Assembly (NCBI GenBank): GCA_030390025.1
Contig: CM059430.1
Location: forward strand, 73,222,001-73,286,000
Direction: 5' to 3'
DNA length: 64,000 nucleotides
From: Squalus acanthias
Taxonomy: Eukaryota
Positions 60,135-64,000 of this stretch are shown here, piece by piece. The position numbers and the translations under genes are program-made. Position 1 is the stretch's first letter; every line of letters starts with the position of its first letter. The notes under the pieces were generated by a model. It made no database searches. It was not told the DNA's origin and saw only the letters and a program-made list of their open reading frames with translations.

Positions 60135-60960
60135 CAACAACTTATATTCATATAGCAAATTAATGTAATACAATGTCCCACGGTGCTTCACAGGAGTGTT
60201 ATAAAATAAATCAAAATTTGACACCGTGATATCTAAGGAGATGTTACGGCAGATGAACAAATGCTGGGTCGAAGAGATAGGTTTTAAGGAGCGTCTTAAA
60301 GGAGAACAGAGAAGTGGAGCAGTGGAGAGATTAGGGAGGGAATTCCAGATTTTAGGGCATAGGCAGCTGTGGGCACGACCGCAAATAGTGGAACATTAAA
60401 AATCGGGGATGTTCAAATGCCCAGAATAAGCAGAGCGCAGAGGCCCAGCGGAATTACAGGGCTGGAGCTGATTACAGAGATAAGGAGTGGCGAGGCCATG
60501 GAGGTGTTTGAAAACAAAGATGATAATGTTAAAATCGTGGCCATTTTTAACTGGGAGCCAATGTAGATCAGCAAGGACAGCGGAGATGGTTTAGCAGGAC
60601 TTGGAGTGAGTTAGCTCATGGGCGGCAGAAATTTGGATGGCTTCATGTTTATGTAGGGTAGAATGTGGGAGGCGAGCCAGGAGTGCGTTGCAATAGTCAA
60701 GTCTAGAGATAACAAAGGCATGGATGCGGGTTTCAGCAGCAGATGAGCTGAGGCAAGAGTGGAGACGGGCGATATTACAGAGGTAGAAATGAGCGGTCTT
60801 AGTGATGGAACGGATATGACATAGGAAGCTAATTTTTGATCAAATATGTCATCAAGTTTGCGAACAGACGTGGTCAGCCTTAGACAGTTGCTGGGGAGCG
60901 GGATCAAGTCAGTGAAAAGGGAACGCTGTTTGTGGCTTGAACCGAAGTAAATAGCAAGAA
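60135..60960 (-). mobile_element. L2 LINE 3' fragment
   Basis: Reverse-strand SRLDYCNALLA coding sequence and L2 tail. Confidence 0.85.
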
Positions 60961-61689
60961 TTGTCACTTTGAAGACAGTGTCGGTTTGCGAGCGGGCGGG
61001 CAGTTACGAGCACCGAAATTAACAGCAAGTCAAGAAGCCTCCTTCAACCCGCCGATTCCGCCTTTAATATGGTGTGTTAGTCAGTGCACCAGAGACCCGC
61101 TCAGGAGAGTTGGGGGACCTAATTAAAGTATTTGAGAGCTCGTTATCTGTCTATTAATAGCCTTCTTTACCTGATGTTATAGCTTTCAATGGCTATGCAC
61201 GGGATTCACGAGCTTCCTGACCCTCGCCTGTGAAAGCAAGGCGAGAGCTGAGCGGCTATTGTGCATTTTAAACAACTGAAAGTTGAAAAAATCACTTAAA
61301 TACACACAAACAGACATGCATTCCTGTCTAAGGGAAACAGTCTTGCTAACACCATTTCTGCTGGGAATCTGCTTTCAGGAGTTTGCAGGTGATTTCTACA
61401 ACTTTGGAAACCATTCTCATTACATTGGAAGTCGGTCTCACTTCTTTGTAGGATTGTGCCTCTGATTTCCACTTGAGCTGGCATCCATCAGATCATTACA
61501 TGTACCGCTTTCGCTGTTTTTCCTGGGACGCAAATTCGGACCAAGATACGCCTCAGCAGCAACAACACCAGCAACACCAGCAGCAGCAGCAGACTCAATA
61601 ACCTTTTGCTGCATGGGAGGGAGTGGATGAACAAAGAGGTGCACCTCTCTGCAGACGATAACCCCAATTCAGCTATCTAAGCAGACGAT

Positions 61690-62663
61690 CAGCCTCTGGG
61701 ACATGACTGAACATAGGGCTTCGGGAATCTCAGGCTATCATGTCAGGTCAGGCAAGAGATTTGTAGCTTGCTGGAAGAAGATCTGCTGCCAAGAGGTCCT
61801 AGCGAGCACAGCTTATTAGTGGCTGTCAAAGCCACTACTGCCCTCAACTTCTTCACCTCAGGCTCCTTCGATTCATCTGCAGCAGACATTGCAGAATCTC
61901 ACAGTTGGCAGCACACAAATGCATCACCCAGGTGAACGATGCCATTTTCACAAGTCACGCACTTATGTCCACTTTGCCACTGATGAAGCTAGTCTGACTG
62001 AGCGAGCGCTCGGCAGTTCGGCTCTGGTTGGGTTCCCACAGGAGCAGAGTGTCATCAACTACACACACGTGCCTATCACGGCACCCACAGATTGCCCAGT
62101 AATGTTTGTTAACTGGAAGGACTTCCACTCCCTCAATGTGCCGCCGTCTGCACACTTAAAACGATCATCCTGCGTGTATCAGCAAGATTCCCAGGAGCTG
62201 TCTTTCGTCCTGTTCCAGTCCAACCTCCCTCAGCTCTTGATAACTTCGACCAGACTTAGCAGCTGGCTGCTTGGAGACAAGGGGTCTCCACTGAAGACAT
62301 GGCTGATGAGACCCTTGAGGAGGCCAAGTAATGAGGTCAAAGAGTGCTATGTTCAAAATCACATGACTATCAGGTGTGTAAAAGAGCAAGCAGCCGGGAT
62401 GCTGAAAATGAGCTTTAGATGCCCAGACAGGTCTGGAAGAGCAATTCAATACGCACCAGCCAGGGTCTCCAGACTGATTGGAGCTGCAGGAGGAGCAAAG
62501 CGAAGAGAGTAGAGCCTCTTCAGAGGAGGAGGAGGATGATGAGGTGCAGGTGGAATATGAAGATGAGGAGCAGGAGGATCCTGAGGTGGAGTTGGCAACA
62601 GCAGCGGCGCACATTGTTGCCCGCGAGGCCCAATATGGCAACATAATGGCACGAATTATTTAA
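61690..62663 (+). pseudogene. Harbinger DDE transposase (HARBI1-like), frameshifted
   Basis: VAVKATTALNFFTSGSF, INYTHV, NWKDFHSLNV, LLGDKG, WLMRP, EQAAGMLKMSFRC, acidic C-terminal tail. Confidence 0.88.
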
Positions 62664-62887
62664 TCATGCCAGTGCAGACATATCGCACCCAGATGCTGCA
62701 CCAACATCCCCCCACCCCACCAACACAACAAAGCAATCAAAACCATTCCTGCCACACAAACACACACATATTGCTCGAGGTTAATTCATGTCTTACCGTT
62801 CTCTCCAACTGACAAGGCATCTTCCCAGGTAGCAGGCAAAATGGACAAGACGAGAAAGCGGTCCAAAGAAATACATTTACATGGTTC

Positions 62888-63910
62888 CTAAATTGAACCC
62901 TCTAACATTTTGGAACACACCCATGTGCATAGCCTTTTGGATCTACGATTGTGTCTTTTTCTTTCAGCAACCCTACGATGTGCAACATCTGTTGATTCAG
63001 TAGAGGTAGAGCCAGGCAGCTCACTTCCCTGATCTGACTGCTTAGACACATTGGTTTTGGATCCTGTGAGGGCCCCACCGGAAACTGCTCCTCCTGCACC
63101 TGTGCAGGGGTAATACTCAGCCATCGGGATCCGAAGCAACATATGGGTCTCTGACTAAGGTGGAGGCAACAGGCGAGTATTGGGAGCACTTTGAGCACAG
63201 TCCCCAAGCCCATGTCCCCTCTCACCATCTTCCCTCTCATGGTCCACTCACATTCCCGGCTAGCAAGGAGCTGGAGAGCACCTTGCTGCACTTCAGTGGG
63301 ATGATGAACGGATAAGTTTAGGTTGGCATCCCTCCTAGAGATGACTGCAATCAGAGTCTGCAAGCTGGTATTCAGAGCAAGCATGCACTCGTTTGACTGG
63401 CACATTTGTGCTCCATGCAAGTGGCCACCATGTCCACGGAAGAAAACATCCTAGCCAACGCTTGTGATAGGGTGCTGCTCATGTTGTAGATAGACTCCTC
63501 CATTCTCCCTACTATCGCATACATCGCGACTGGAAAAGCTGCCAGAGCCTCCCGCCTTTTTTACTGCTCCTCACGAATCATCCTCTTTGTCGACAGCCCA
63601 CGAGGTGCAGTATCTGCATCCAGCTGAGTACTGATTGGAGCGTCCTGCGGCCCCTGACGAAAACTCTGCACTGATGCCCCTGTCTCTACCAGCTGCTCTT
63701 GCTCAATTGTGATCTTAGAGCTGCCAGGTGTCAACACTACTCTCTCACTCACTGGAGCCACAGGCGTGTGCATATCTGCGCTGGTTCTGGGTGCGTACGA
63801 GCCATGTGGCACTGCACCATCAGAGGCTGAGGACTCTTCTGAGGAGTTGTCTTTCTCTTCTGGCTGGACAGTTGTGGGGGGGTGGATGGAGGAGAGGGCA
63901 CTTGATGGGC
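62888..63910 (-). pseudogene. Probable last exon of the Harbinger second gene (normally the Myb/SANT partner)
   Basis: Overlapping low-complexity minus-strand ORF pieces convergent with the transposase; acceptor TCTACCACAG at 63920-63911. The Myb domain itself is not visible in the window. Confidence 0.5.
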
Positions 63911-64000
63911 CTGTGGTAGATTAAAGACATGAATTAGACCTCATATGATAAGAATTGTTTAAGTTACCATATCCACATGATCATATTTCATTGGCTACTG

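Larger units (their letters stand above)
60975..64000. mobile_element. Decayed autonomous PIF/Harbinger DNA transposon (runs off the window end)
   Basis: HARBI1-like transposase on + and a convergent second coding region on -. Left boundary approximate. Confidence 0.82.

Noticed and set aside
62165-62663. Ser-rich and Glu-rich ORFs as independent genes
   Set aside because: They are the acidic tail of the frameshifted Harbinger transposase and its antisense reading.
1-64000. CRISPR arrays, operons or other prokaryotic systems; most short track ORFs
   Set aside because: The sequence is intron-containing vertebrate DNA with no repeat-spacer array. The short ORFs are LINE fragments, their antisense frames, or chance.

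Overview
This is eukaryotic genomic DNA, most likely from a cartilaginous fish (shark). That call rests on HER1-like CR1 LINEs with (CATAGAAA/CATAGAAT)n tails, a tRNA/Deu-domain SINE, Penelope-like elements and Harbinger MITEs. Most of the window is transposon debris, often nested. The one clear host gene (+ strand, 15958-29058) can be assembled from canonical GT-AG, phase-compatible exons: leader, germline-joined VJ-type Ig domain, C1-set Ig domain, uncharged TM, short cytoplasmic exon, and an ITIM exon. It predicts a 304-aa non-rearranging, antigen-receptor-like inhibitory receptor. Its tail was apparently built from two tandem two-tyrosine exons (four Tyr motifs). These are now cut back to one ITIM by an in-frame TAA, an apparently lost splice donor and a poly-A frameshift. 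Possible remnants of a second Ig-family pseudogene (52.9-56.4 kb) and an old duplicated segment about 50 kb apart suggest a birth-and-death receptor cluster. Mobile-element highlights: a very young Penelope-like element with inverted pseudo-LTRs, a TSD and a minimal hammerhead ribozyme; a 1.6-kb solo LTR with a spumavirus-like layout; a tRNA-headed LINE; and about ten Harbinger MITEs plus a decayed autonomous Harbinger. Repeat boundaries are approximate unless a TSD or TIR is quoted. No database searches were run.
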